A DNA stretch of 64,000 nucleotides from Anthoceros angustus. Its lineage: Eukaryota > Plantae > Anthocerotophyta. Numbering within the stretch: position 1 is the stretch's first letter; each line of letters opens with the position of its first letter. The position numbers were made by a program, and so were the translations under genes. This document shows, one piece after another, positions 12,630-24,400 of this stretch. Below the pieces are notes generated by a model, which saw only the letters and a list, made by a program, of their open reading frames with translations, was not told the origin of the DNA and searched no databases. The DNA is taken from contig MU008205.1 of assembly GCA_010909165.1 (NCBI GenBank), positions 346,130-410,129 of the forward strand. Reading direction: 5' to 3'.

Positions 12630-13601
12630 ATGGCTGGTAAGGAGGAGTCCAAGAGGGAGAGTGCAAAGGAAGTAGTGGAGGAGGGACGCGCTGAGCTGCG
12701 GTTCTTGAGGTTCCAATCAACTAGACCCGGAGAGCTGGTGGAGGAGTGCCTGATTTCAGTGCCCAAGAGTGCAGCAGAGGGCATGCTGCAGTTACTTGGG
12801 CCGTTCCAAGAGACGTCGCACCTTGCCGAAATTGACGCTCCTCGGCAGCTGCCTGTAGCCGGGATTTCTACTGTGGCTGCACTCCTGGTGGTGGAAAAGT
12901 ATTGCTGGATCTACGCAGGAAACAGCATAATGGAACAGCGGCAGGCCAAGATCCGGGCACTGCTCCAACCGGTTCAAGGAGGCGTGTTCCTCGAGTTGGC
13001 TAAAGCTTGTCATCAGCTTAAACTCCGGGAGCTGTATGACGAAGTAGCCAAGGCCTGGGATGATTGGAAGTTGCGCTGCTCACCCCAGGAGATGAGGGAG
13101 CTGTTGAAGCTGCCGGCTCCTGCCACCGCGGAGGATGCGTGGCTGCCTCTGCCAGACTCACAGGCGACGAACGGGCCCATCTGCAACTACAACGATTGGT
13201 TGTGGGACAGGGTGAAGGCCATGGCAGGTGGGGAAGATGAGCGGGACGTGGATGCCTTGGTTGGGTACATGAAGGGCACCAGCACTGCTTCCACCGGAAA
13301 GGGTGAGTGCAGCAAGTCAGCTCCTAACTCCAAGCAGCGACGCCGGGTCCGCCGCCGGAATCAAGCGCCTCAGCGGAATGTCAACCGTGGCCAAGGGTCC
13401 GGATCTTCACCCGCATCCGCTGCCGGGTCCTTCTCGGAGCCCAATCCGTCAGACGATCACGTGGATGCCGGCTCCAGCTCCTCCAGCCTCGTTCCTCTGG
13501 AACCAACTCTGCTACAAGCTCTTCGCCAGCGGCAAGCTTGCGGTGAGTGCGAGCTCGATGAGGCTGTTTATAGCAATTGGTTTCATAAGGGCTGCTGTTG
13601 A
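12630..13601 (+). CDS. Divergent intronless SKP1-like protein, type II (ASK20/21-like), copy A
   Basis: LELAKACHQLKLRELYDEVAKAW...SPQEMRELLKLPAPATAEDAWLPL resembles SKP1 C-terminal helices (TPEEIREIFHLPDDLTEEEKLEPL). DERDVDALVGYMKG resembles the type II motif DERSVDDLLSFING, followed by a basic patch. An acidic tail DEDFDKVQAALEKEVA lies in another frame at about 13665-13715. Confidence 0.75.
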   Translation: MAGKEESKRESAKEVVEEGRAELRFLRFQSTRPGELVEECLISVPKSAAEGMLQLLGPFQETSHLAEIDAPRQLPVAGISTVAALLVVEKYCWIYAGNSIMEQRQAKIRALLQPVQGGVFLELAKACHQLKLRELYDEVAKAWDDWKLRCSPQEMRELLKLPAPATAEDAWLPLPDSQATNGPICNYNDWLWDRVKAMAGGEDERDVDALVGYMKGTSTASTGKGECSKSAPNSKQRRRVRRRNQAPQRNVNRGQGSGSSPASAAGSFSEPNPSDDHVDAGSSSSSLVPLEPTLLQALRQRQACGECELDEAVYSNWFHKGCC

Positions 13602-14019
13602 TGAGCTCGAGGAGCTAGGAGGCTGCCGTTCGAGAGACAAGTGCGTGCAGGATGGCTGGTGCTGATGAGGACTTCGACAAGGTCCAGGCTGCTCTAGAAA
13701 AGGAAGTAGCGGGGTGGGAGAAAAACTGCGTCTTTACTCCAGCTCCTGTGTATCCTGTCCTAGCCTGCAATGCCTTCTTGTCTTTGAGCAGCTAGCTGGC
13801 TAGCCATAGCCACCCGTCCAGCAGGGTATTTCCATTAGATATGTATGTGGCATGTGGCAGCTATGTATGATGGCTAGCTGTAGACTTGTCCAAGTCTCTA
13901 ATTAAGTATTTGTGTGGCCGGGCATTTATGCTCCTGCAAAATCTGTGGTGTGTTTCACAGATAGATGTTGCAATATTTGTTGGAGAGAATTGGAGCAAAT
14001 CCGCAAAGTTGTGTTCCAC

Positions 14020-14225
14020 TGCTCATGAGCTGCTCATGCCCTCAAGCTTGAGAAACTCATAAGCTCAAGAGCTCAAGCTCGAGAAACTCATAAGCTCAAG
14101 ACCTCAAGCTCGAGAAGCTCATGAGCTCAAGCTCGAGAAACTCATAAGCTCAAGAGCTAAAGCTCGAGAAGCTCATGAGCTCAAGCGCTCAAGCTCGAGC
14201 AGATCTCATGATGTGCAGAGCTCAT
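14020..14225. repeat. Minisatellite of gctcaagctcgagaa(a/g)ctcat(a/g)a units
   Basis: About 6-7 imperfect units. A single unit occurs at the paralogous site near 33515-33540. Confidence 0.85.
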
Positions 14226-15699
14226 GATCGCTCTTCACGGTATCATATCTATGTATGTTCTGTTACCATATGGATTCAAGCTTGTGCTGACCACTGGAAT
14301 GCGGCTGGCTCTACAGGCTAGAGCAGTGGTCATGGGTGTGCAGTTCTGGGAGCAATTCAGGGAGCAATTGCTTACAGCTTTCGAAAGCAAGATTGCAACG
14401 AGAGGTCATGGAACCTACCCTTGCATTGTCGTTACAAGGTGCTTTGACACTGCGTCTTCTAGCTACATTGTCCCTGGCTATAGCTACCGCCTGCAGAAGC
14501 CCCGAGGTTGCAGCATACAACTGTGGGAAGCTTTTCGCTCTTCTCACAAGTGATCAGTTACCAGCTGGCAATACCGTAAGTGAATCTCGCTCGTTTCGCC
14601 AGGTGCTTGGAAAGAGTTTCACTGCCAACCCAGCCGCGTGAAGTTCAAACTTAAGGACCGGAAGGCAGATGCTTGAAGGGGGAAGCTGGTCCGCGATCGT
14701 GTACGTTTCCGCATTGTCGCTTCGACGTCTTTACGTACATACCGTCTTCCATCGCCTTCATGTGTATGTACATATGTACAATTACATGCCGAGCTTCGGG
14801 TGGATGGAAGAAAGAGCTCGTCATCCCGTTTCGTCGCTTGGAACGTTTCGTCGCTTGGAAGACCACAAGCCAGTGCCAGGGGTGTCGCGTTGGAGATAAT
14901 GGAGGTTATAACTCTATGGACATGGTCATTTCCTCTTTCACCACTTCCGCAATCCGGATTTGTTGATGAGGTACTGCTTGCACGACACTCTCCTGCATCT
15001 GGTTGCTGATCTACTGACTGTTGTCAGTCATACGTGGTGCAGTGTGTCGGTCTCCCAGGATTGCAACAGCGACGAGGGATGGGAAATATATCCCTTGTGG
15101 AGCTCCCAACAGCTCGGTTATATGGAGCTACATCATATGGTTTTTATGCGCCAATCCATCGTATCAGATGCCTCACTTCTATACCCGTCCTGTATGTGCT
15201 GCAATTATTACTGTTGAATACAGCGCTGTCCAGCGTTTGGTGCTCCCGATGGTCAACCTGAAGTTTAGGTGATCTGCTTGGTCTGTTTTGTTAACCCGCC
15301 CTCGTGCTTTCGGTGGATTATGTGATTCATGCGCCTCCAGAACTGGTTGTCCAGCCACAGGAGCATATCTGCAGAACATCTGTCTATCTTGACCTCACCG
15401 GCTAGCACTGAAGCTGATTAATGTTGACAAGGACCTGAATCTGTACCCTGTGATGGGTCAGAAGCTACTGCTTGGACGTCCTACTGCAGTCGGTGTGCTT
15501 CTGCATAGAACAATCGCATTAGATGAGAGCAACAGAGCACTCGTTTCGCTGTTCCACTTGTTCTTGTTCAACAACAAAAGAGAGGGAGAGAGAAAACCCA
15601 ACAACAAAACCTGTTCAGCCTGCTCGCCAGGGCATATGCTTGTGGGCGAGTGGGCTCCTTGAACTGTCTGCTGCTTATGTCTCGTTACTGAGGAGATGA

Positions 15700-16670
15700 G
15701 AACTACCAGCCCCATGCCCTGCTTTGAGTACCCTGCCATCATATGTATCAGTCCGTGTCCCACATCGTTTTGACCACGTCGGTCAAACACTTCTTGAGCA
15801 TCTTCCATGCTGCCACAGTTGGCACACATTTTCACAAAACCGGTGGCTACAAAAACACCAGCTTGATGTTCCCATTCTCTGATTTGCTGATCCAGAATCG
15901 GGTACAGCGCTCACTGCCTTCTTCTTTCATATCATTGTAAGGGAGAGGGCTGCACGCGTTGACACGCCATTATGTGCCTGGTTGGGACTGCCCTACTATC
16001 ATTGCATTCCACGTCACCACATCTTTTTGACCAAGCCCATCAAACAGCTGTTCCTGAGCATCTTCTAAACTACTGCCACGCTTTGCATCCATGTGCACCA
16101 AACTGTCTGTTTGCTATAGAAACATCACCTGGGTATCCTTGTTTGTTCTCTTATCTTTGTGTGAAGTTGCCTTCGGTTCTCCAACGCTGGGGTGCCAACA
16201 ATTGCACATCTGCGCCTTCTTGCATATCGCTGTAGAGATGAAGGGCTTCCAGGCTCACTCCCTGCTGGGAATACCCTGCTATCATGGCACATCACCACTT
16301 GTTTTGAGCAAGTCCAACAAACAGTACCTAGGCGTGCTCCAGGCTGCCACATTATTTTGCACACATTTTCACCAAACTGCTGGCTACAAACACATCAGCA
16401 CATCAGCCTGGTACCCTCTCTCTCTCTCTACAACGAACCTAGTGGTCATTATAATGGACGATCTAAGTCAGGTCATGTCTATTTCACTAAAGAACCTCTA
16501 CGCTCGGAGAACGAGGAGGAGGGAAGGAAAGTTCAAGCGCTCTTGGCAGAAGAAAATTTTCTTCAGGCGCTACCTTATTCTCTTACGATAGGAGGGCATT
16601 CCACTTTTCCAACCTGGCACATATTTGACCAAACCGGTGGCTACAAACACATCAGCTTGATGCCAGGGAG
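15700..16670 (-). pseudogene. PLS-class PPR gene fragments
   Basis: Minus-strand FVKMCANCGSMEDAQEVFD...MMAGYSKQG and SLVHMDAKRGSSLEDAQEQLFDGLGQKDVVTWNAMIVG, with stops and frameshifts. Confidence 0.8.
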
Positions 16671-17230
16671 TTTTCTAATTGACTTGAACACGAGGGTGCA
16701 TACCTCACGATCCAAGGCCAGGGGGCCGACAGTTCCACATGCCTGCAGGAGGCAGACGACTGTCAACACGCAATGGGGCATAGCTATGCCTTCCTCTTGC
16801 TTATATCACAGCATAGCTGAAGGGCATCCTACCCCAGCCTCCTCCCCTCAACATCCTGCGGCCATGAAGGTTTGGATGAGCGAAGTGCGATGCCTTTCGT
16901 GGCCTTTAGCTTGGGCGACAAGCAATTGTCAGCCTTGGCCTTCCGCTTCCATGCTGAGATGCAGCTCACCTTCTCAGCACGTGAGCTGGTTCCAAGAAGA
17001 GAAGCGGAAGGCCAAGGGCCTCGAGGCCAAGGCCGAGGCCCTTGGTCTTCCCCCAGCGGCTAGGTCGTGAGGCTGTATGAGGACAATTGCTGGCATGTAT
17101 ATGATGGCTGCTCATGAAGAGGACCTCGACGCATATGCACAACCCTGTGACCACGGCCGGTGCAGGTAAGGAAGTAGCAGAGCCGGAGGAAAAGCTCCTT
17201 TGTATCTGATGTGTATCATGCCCTAGCTGT
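16490..17230 (+). pseudogene. Highly degenerate SKP1-like copy (F) interleaved with PPR pieces
   Basis: gccatgaaggtttggatgagcga..gatgcc (about 16860) resembles the gccatgcaaggtgtgaacgatgagcgggacgtggatgcc block of copy B. gatggctgctcatgaagaggacctcgac...aaggaagtagc resembles the tail of copy A. Confidence 0.45.
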
Positions 17231-17802
17231 GCGTCACAGCCGCTTTGGTTTTCTGTCCGAGGGGGCACATCACCAGAAACAAAGAGAACGTAAACAAATA
17301 GACTTTATAGATGGGACTTTGATTTGGACTAACCGCGTAAGGCACTACCTAACAATTCGGAGTAACGGGAAGGCACTAACAACTGGGAGTAACACTAAAT
17401 TTTGGAGGCCCCGCGCAAACTACGCATTCTCCACAAACAAGCAGTAACAAAGGCTTCCTTCCTCCGAGTGGTGAGCGCGGCGTCGCAAGCGTGCTCCTGA
17501 GGTGGGACGGGCGCGGCGGGCATTCTGGGCGAGGCGCGGCTACGAGGAGGCCAGCGGCTACCAACATCTGTTCACAGCACCCATCAGGGAAGAACGGCTA
17601 AGAATTGTGTGTTTTGTGCCTCTCACCATCCCTCCTCCCCATCCTCCCCATCCTCCCTCTCCCCCACACTTCTTTGGACTGCTGCTCGCTCTGCACCCGC
17701 CCTATACCTCTGATCTGCATTTCATCTGTGCCAGTGCTGCCCATCTTCCCCCCCCTCTTTTCTAGTCCTCTCCCCCATGTTCATACAGCCTTTCACCAGC
17801 AT

Positions 17803-18026
17803 TAAAGAGGAGGCAAGAGCGATGCGAAGGATTATTCTATTGATGATTTGGAACATATTTATAGAGTGTTTTATGCGGTTATAGCTCATCATCCTCTTAG
17901 TATGATAACCGCGGTAAATGGTTAATGGCGGTGGGTTACATTTACCACGTCTAATTAATTCTAAACCTCTGCACGAGCGAAGCGTGCCCTAATGCACCGG
18001 TGTAGGCAGAGCCCAGGACTCCAACA
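17803..18026 (-). repeat. 3' LTR of Copia-1 (TG...TA termini)
   Basis: Matches 28513-28740. Preceded on the minus strand by the PPT gcgagggggag. Confidence 0.9.
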
Positions 18027-18402
18027 CTCCCCCTCGCTGCAAACTGGGTGCATCAAGAGATTGAGTGATGTCGAAGATGGCTTCAATCCCCTATGCCCGC
18101 AATCGATCCCGAGCATCCGCCGGCAATCACGGTGGCTTCTTCAGCTCGGGTCCTACGTCGTCGATGCCATAACTGACAGAGTGACGAGGATGGTGGAGAC
18201 AGAAGTACCCAATCACAGAAAACAGAAGGAGAGCTCACAACATCTGAAGCGTAGGCGCAAAGCTTCAAAATCCGAAAGCAGTTCGGTTAGTGCAGAGCAG
18301 TTCTGGATGGCGGTGAAACAACCTCTTCCTGAAGACAAAGATGATGCTGCACTCCATTGAGCAGCTAGCTGGATGAAGACTCCAGCAACTTGAGTGATGT
18401 CT

Positions 18403-21400
18403 TTAGTGTCCCTTCCCAGGAGCTTCGCTCCCCCTCCATAATAAGTTTCCCTCGCTGTCAACCCGATTGCTTGAGCATTGAGCGTGTGGTGTCTTCGATA
18501 AGCCCTTGGTGAGAAGATCGGCTGTGTTCTCTTCCGTGGTGACGTAGCTGAGGGTGACCTGTTTGTTGCTCACAACTTGCCGAATGAAATGGTGCTGTAT
18601 CTCCACGTGCTTTGTCCTGGCGTGGAGCACGAGGTTCAGGGTCATGGCAATTGCGGATTGATTGTCGCACTTAAGCTCCGTAGGCTGATGCTGCTCCTCA
18701 TTGATGTCCTTCAGGAATTGGCGTATCCACAGGATCTCCTTAGCTGCCAATGAGGTTGCTGCGTGCTCCGCTTCGGTGGATGAGAGGCAAACAGTTGGCA
18801 TCTTCTTGCATGCCCAGGAGACTGTTGAGCTGTTGATCATAGTGCAATAAGCTGCTGTGGATTTTCTGGCGTCAGGATCTCCGGCCCAGTCCGCGTTTGA
18901 GAAGCATGTGAGTACAAGTTTGCTACTACCAACTGACCTGTAGACGAGGCCTAGGGATCTGGTTCCTTTTAAGTACCTAAGAATTCGTTTGACGCATGTC
19001 CAGTGAGCTTTACCGGGGTTGGAAAGATACCTAGATGCTATATTGACAGCCTGAGATATGTCTGGACGTGTCCAGATTGCTAAGTACAGGAGGCTGCCTA
19101 CGGCTTCGCTATAAGGTACTTGCTTCATCTCTTCTACTTCTTCAGGTGTAGTTGGGGAATCTTCTGCAGACACTTTTTCACCTGCTGCTATGGGTGTGGT
19201 GACAGGTCTGGCATCTTTGAGGTTGAACCTATCCGACTGGTCTACATAGTCTTTGGTGAATGAAGAAGGAATGTTACATTGTACTTCTCTCGAACTGGAC
19301 ACCTAGGGCGTACTTCAGAGGGCCTATGTCTACAATCTCGTACTCCTTGGCAAGTAGGTCTTTTACATACTGGATAATTTGAGGGGAAGTGCCAAAAATG
19401 AAATTGTCGACAACGTACAAGGTAACTACTGCGAAATTCTTTTTCTGTCTAAGGAGGTAGACACTAGAATCTGCAGGTAGGGGTGAGAAACCAGATTTCT
19501 TTAAATACAGGTCCACTGTTTCGTTCCATACGTGAGCGGACTGTTTTAGTCCATAGAGGGACTTCACCAGCTTACAAACCTTCTTGCTGTCCTTGATGTA
19601 GCCAGGGGGTTGAAGCATGTAGATATCTTCACTCAGAGTGCCGTATAGGAAAGCCTTTTTCGTCGACTTGATGGATGTCGAGATGATGATGAGCTGCCGC
19701 CAAGAGTATCCTCATGGATGTTGACTTCACTACGGGTCAGAGTCGGTTTTCCTCGTAATCAAAACCGGAACTTGGTGAAGCCACAGCGACTAGCCTTGCT
19801 TTGTGTCTTGCTGCCGTGCAGGTTGACTTCCTCCGAATGTCCACTTACGGGATATAGGCTACGGCACAGGTGTCGATCGATATCCAGTCTTGTTGGCGAT
19901 GAGTGAGTCGTACTCGATTTTGGCGGCGGTCCATTCGGTCTTGAATGCTTCTTCAATTGGCGAGGCACGCCCCGCATCTCGATGGTGACATAGCTTGGTG
20001 TAGAGCAAGGTTGACGATGTCCAAGTGAGCTTTACCGGGGTTGGAAAGATACCTAGATGCTATATTGACTGAGATATGTCCGACGTGTCCAGATTGCTCA
20101 TGTGAGGCGCCTACCGCTATAAGGTACTTGCTTCATCTCTTCTACTTCTTGGTGTAGTTGGGGAATCTTACACTTTTCACTGCCGCTATGGGTGTGTGGT
20201 GACAGTCCGCATCTTTGAGGTTGAACCTATCCAAGAATCGGTCTACATAGTGCTGGTGAATGAAGAAGGAATGTTCTGTACTTCTCTCGACACCTAGGGC
20301 GCATTGAGGGCCTATGTCTACAATCTCGTACTCCTTGGCAAGTAGGTCTTTTACATACCGGATAATTTGAGGAAGTGCCAAAATGAAATTGTCGACAACG
20401 ACAAGGTAACTCACAAATTCTTTTTCCTGCCTAAGGAGGTAGACACTAGAATCTGTAGGGGTGAGAAGCATTTCTTTAAATCTGTGTCCACTGCTTGCTC
20501 CATACGTGAGCGGACTGTTTTAGTCCATAGAGGGACTTCACCAGCTTACAAACCTTCTTGCTGTCCTTGATGTAGCCAGGGGGTTGAAGCATGTAGATAT
20601 CTTCACTCAGAGTGCCGTATAGGAAAGCAGTTTTTACGTCGACTTGATGGATGTCGAGATGATGATGAGCTGCCAGCGCCAAGAGTATCCTCATGGATGT
20701 TGACTTCACTACGGGTCAGAGTCCCTCGTAATCAAAACCGGAACTTGGCTCGGCACTAGCCTTGCTTTGTGTCTTGCAACTGCGCTGTCACCCGCCTCCC
20801 GAATGTCCACTTACGGGATATAGGCTACGGCCCGAGGTAAGTCACAAGATCAGTCTTGTTGGCGATGAGTGAGTCAGACCGATTTTGCGCAGCATCATCT
20901 GTGGGTCTTGAATGCTTCTTCAATTGATCGAGGCACGCCCCGCATCTCGGTGACATAGCTTGGTGTAGAGCAAGGTTGACTGATGAGCTTCTTGCATTGT
21001 TGTTAATCGTCCTCGGAGCTGGGCTGGGGTTTTGCCTGTGGATGTGGCCCCAGCGATGTGTATCCTTCCATTTGGATCGAGGAGGCGCCAGGTAGAGCGT
21101 CTGAGTGAGAGCTCGGAGTTCGGGGTAAAAGTTGCTCATGTCTTTGGTCTTTGGTGGTGGTGAGGTAGGTTAAGTTCTGAAATTCGAGTTGAGACGGTGG
21201 CTGACCTATGGCTTGTGGCATCTTCTTGCATGCCTGTGGAGACCGCTGAGTCATGGATAAGTGCGCTTTGTGGATTTTCCGGGATCTCCGGCCCGATCCG
21301 CGTTTGAGAAGCATGAGTACAAGTTTGCTACTACCAATCGACCAGACGAGGCCTAGGGATCCGGTTCCTTTTAAGTACCTAAGAATTGCTTGACGATGTC

Positions 21401-24400
21401 CGTGAGCTTTACCGGGGTTGGAAAGATACCTAGATGCTATATTGACTGAGATATGTCCGACGTGTCCGGATTGCTGGCAGAGGCGCCTACCGCTATAAGG
21501 TACTTGCTTCATCTCTTCTACTTCTTCAGGTGTAGTTGGGGAATCTTCTGCAGACACTTTTTCACCTGCTGCTATGGGTGTGGTGACAGGTCTGGCATCT
21601 TTGAGGTTGAACCTATCCAGCAACTGGTCTACATAGTGCTGCTGGTGAATGAAGAAGGAATGTTCTGTTGTACTTCTCTCGAACTGGACACCTAGGGCGT
21701 ACTTCAGAGGGCCTATGTCTACAATCTCGTACTCCTTGGCAAGTAGGTCTTTTACATACTGGATAATTTGAGGGGAAGTGCCAAAAATGAAATTGTCGAC
21801 AACGTACAAGGTAACTACTGCGAAATTCTTTTTCTGTCTAAGGAGGTAGACACTAGAATCTGCAGGTAGGGGTGAGAAACCGATTTCTTTAAACATGTGT
21901 CCACTGCTTGCTCCATACGTGAGCGGACGCTTTAGTCCATAGAGGGACTTCACCACCACAAACCTTCTGTCTCCTTGATGTAGCCAGGGGTTGAAGCATG
22001 TAGATATCTTCACCAGTGCCGTATAGGAAAGCGCTTTTTACGTCGACTTGATGGATGTCGAGATGATGATGAGCTGCCAAGAGTATCCTCATGGATGTTG
22101 ACTTCACTACGGGTCAGAGTCGGTTTTCCTCGTAATCAAAACCGGAACTTGGAAGCCCACAGCGACTAGCCTTGCTTTGTGTCGCAACTGCCACCGGGGT
22201 TCGCCTCCCGAATGTCCACTTACGGGATATAGGCTACGGCCCGAGGTAAGTCGATCGATATCCAGTCTTGTTGGCGATGAGTGAGTCGTACTCGATTTTG
22301 GCGGTCCATTGGGGTCTTGAATGCTTCTTCAATTGATCGAGGCACGCCCCGCATCTCGATGGTCATAGCTTGGTGTAGAGCAAGGTTGACTGATGAGCTT
22401 CGCATTGTTGGCGCATCGTCCTCCGGAGCCGGAGCTGGGGTTTTGCCTGTGGATGTGGCCCCGCCGGTAATGCCCTTCCACTGGATCGAGGAGGGCGTGA
22501 CGGTAGAGCGTCGAGTGAGAGCTCGCAGTTCCGGGTAAAAGTTGCTCATGTGGCCGGGTGCGCGAGGTAGGTTAAGTTCGCACTGTTGAGACGGTGGCTG
22601 ACCCATGGCTTGTGGTCAGGCCGAGCAGTGCATTGCGGCCGGTGCCGAGGCGGTGGTGAACTATGGCTTGTCTTTGGCGGTTTGTTGAGCGGCTGGTTAC
22701 TGTCTTGCAAGCTGTGCCGTGCAGGTTGACTTCCTCCCGAATGTCCACTTACGGGATATAGGCTACGGCGGAAGTCAAGTCGATCGATTCAGTCTTGTTG
22801 GCGATGAGTGAGTCGTACTCGATTTTGGCGGTCCATTCGGTCTTGAATGCTTCTTCAATTGGTGAGGCACGTCGCATCTCGATGGGGACATAGCTTGGTG
22901 TAGAGCAAGGTTGACTGATGAGCTTCTTCTTTGATGCGCGCATCGTCCTCTGGAGGTGAGGTTTTGCGGGGATGTAGCCCCAGCGATGTGTATCCTTCCA
23001 TTTGGATCGAGGGGTAGAGCGTCGAGTGAGAGCTCGGAGTTAATTATAAAGTTGCTCATGTCTTTGGTCTTTGGTGGTCTGGTGTAGGTTAAGTAATTCG
23101 AGTTGAGACGGTGGCTGACCTATGGCTTGTGGTCTTTGGCGGTGCAGTTATTGAGTCTTGGAGGCATTTGAACTATGGCTTGTCTTTGGCGGTTTGTTGA
23201 GCGGCTGGTTACTGTCGACCTTGCAGTTCAATGATTTGTTAACATGTCTGTGGGTTAGATGTGTCCCCCTCAAGGTCAGAGAGGGAAGAAGGGGAGAAAC
23301 CGTGCAGGCTAGGAGCAGGCAGAGGGGTTTGGGATTGTACAGACTGCAGATAAGTGTTGAGCAGTGTTGCTTCATGAAAATGGACACTGCGTGATAGAGT
23401 TACCTGACGGGTGAAAGGGTCAAGCAGTCTATATGCCTTGGATTGGTCAGAATAGCCGATGAATAAGAGCTTCTTACCCTTATCGTCCCATTTCTTACGC
23501 AGGTCATCAGGAATATGAGCAAATGCAGGGCTGCCGAATATCCTGAAGTGAGATATGCGGGGCTTATGTCCCGTCCAGCGTTCGTATGGTGTGATGTTGG
23601 GGAGCTCCTTCGTTGGCAGTCGGTTTTTAAGATAGTTGGCGTGAAGCGGCTTCTTCGATATCCTTGTGTGAGCCACGGCGGCAGTAGGGCAGAGATTTCC
23701 GGCAATGATCTATTCAGCCTTTACTGAAGGGATTTTTGGGCTGGTGTGTAGGGGACGGTGAGCTGCTTGATTCCCTTGGTTGTGCAATATTCACGGAAGG
23801 AGTGACTCGGTATTCTCCAACATTGTCGGTTCAAGGGTCTTGAATGCTTCTTCAATTGATCGAGGCACGCCCCGCATCTCGATGGTCATAGCTTGGTGTA
23901 GAGCAAGGTTGACTGATGAGCTTCGCATTGTTGGCGCATCGTCCTCCGGAGCCGGAGCTGGGGTTTTGCCTGTGGATGTGGCCCCGCCGGTAATGCCCTT
24001 CCACTGGATCGAGGAGGGCGTGACGGTAGAGCGTCGAGTGAGAGCTCGCAGTTCCGGGTAAAAGTTGCTCATGTGGCCGGGTGCGCGAGGTAGGTTAAGT
24101 TCGCACTGTTGAGACGGTGGCTGACCTATGGCTTGTGGTCAGGCCGAGCAGTGCATTGCGGCCGGTGCCGAGGCGGTGGTCGAACTATGGCTTGTCTTTG
24201 GAGCGGTTTGTTGAGCGGTTGCCTGTCGACCTTGCAATGATTTGTTCGTAACTGAGGGTTAGATGTGTCCCCTCAAGGTCGAGAGGGAAGAAGGGAGAAA
24301 CCGCAGGCTAGAGCAGTGAGGGGTTTGGGATTGTATGCATGCAGATAAGTGTTGAGCAATGTTGCTTCATGAAAATGGACAACTGCGAGATAGAGTTACG

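Noticed and set aside
14020-14225. Short repeats resembling a CRISPR array (also 35215-35500 and 9945-10160)
   Set aside because: There are no unique constant-length spacers and no cas genes, and the context is eukaryotic. These are minisatellites or TE-internal repeats.
16192-17070. 292-aa ORF as a real gene
   Set aside because: It reads across antisense PPR relics and out-of-frame SKP1-like remnants and has no coherent domain.
17989-18000. ctaatgcaccgg (and GACCTCCC motifs) resembling 5S rRNA
   Set aside because: The matches are too short, are not retained in the other LTR, and no 120-nt 5S sequence is present.
17992-18360. Antisense ORF in the 3' region of Copia-1
   Set aside because: It starts within the LTR at an ATG absent from the other LTR, has no recognisable motif, and no second copy is available to test conservation.
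20978-20990. CTGATGA hammerhead-like cores
   Set aside because: They lie in pol coding sequence without the paired stems and GAAA needed for a ribozyme.
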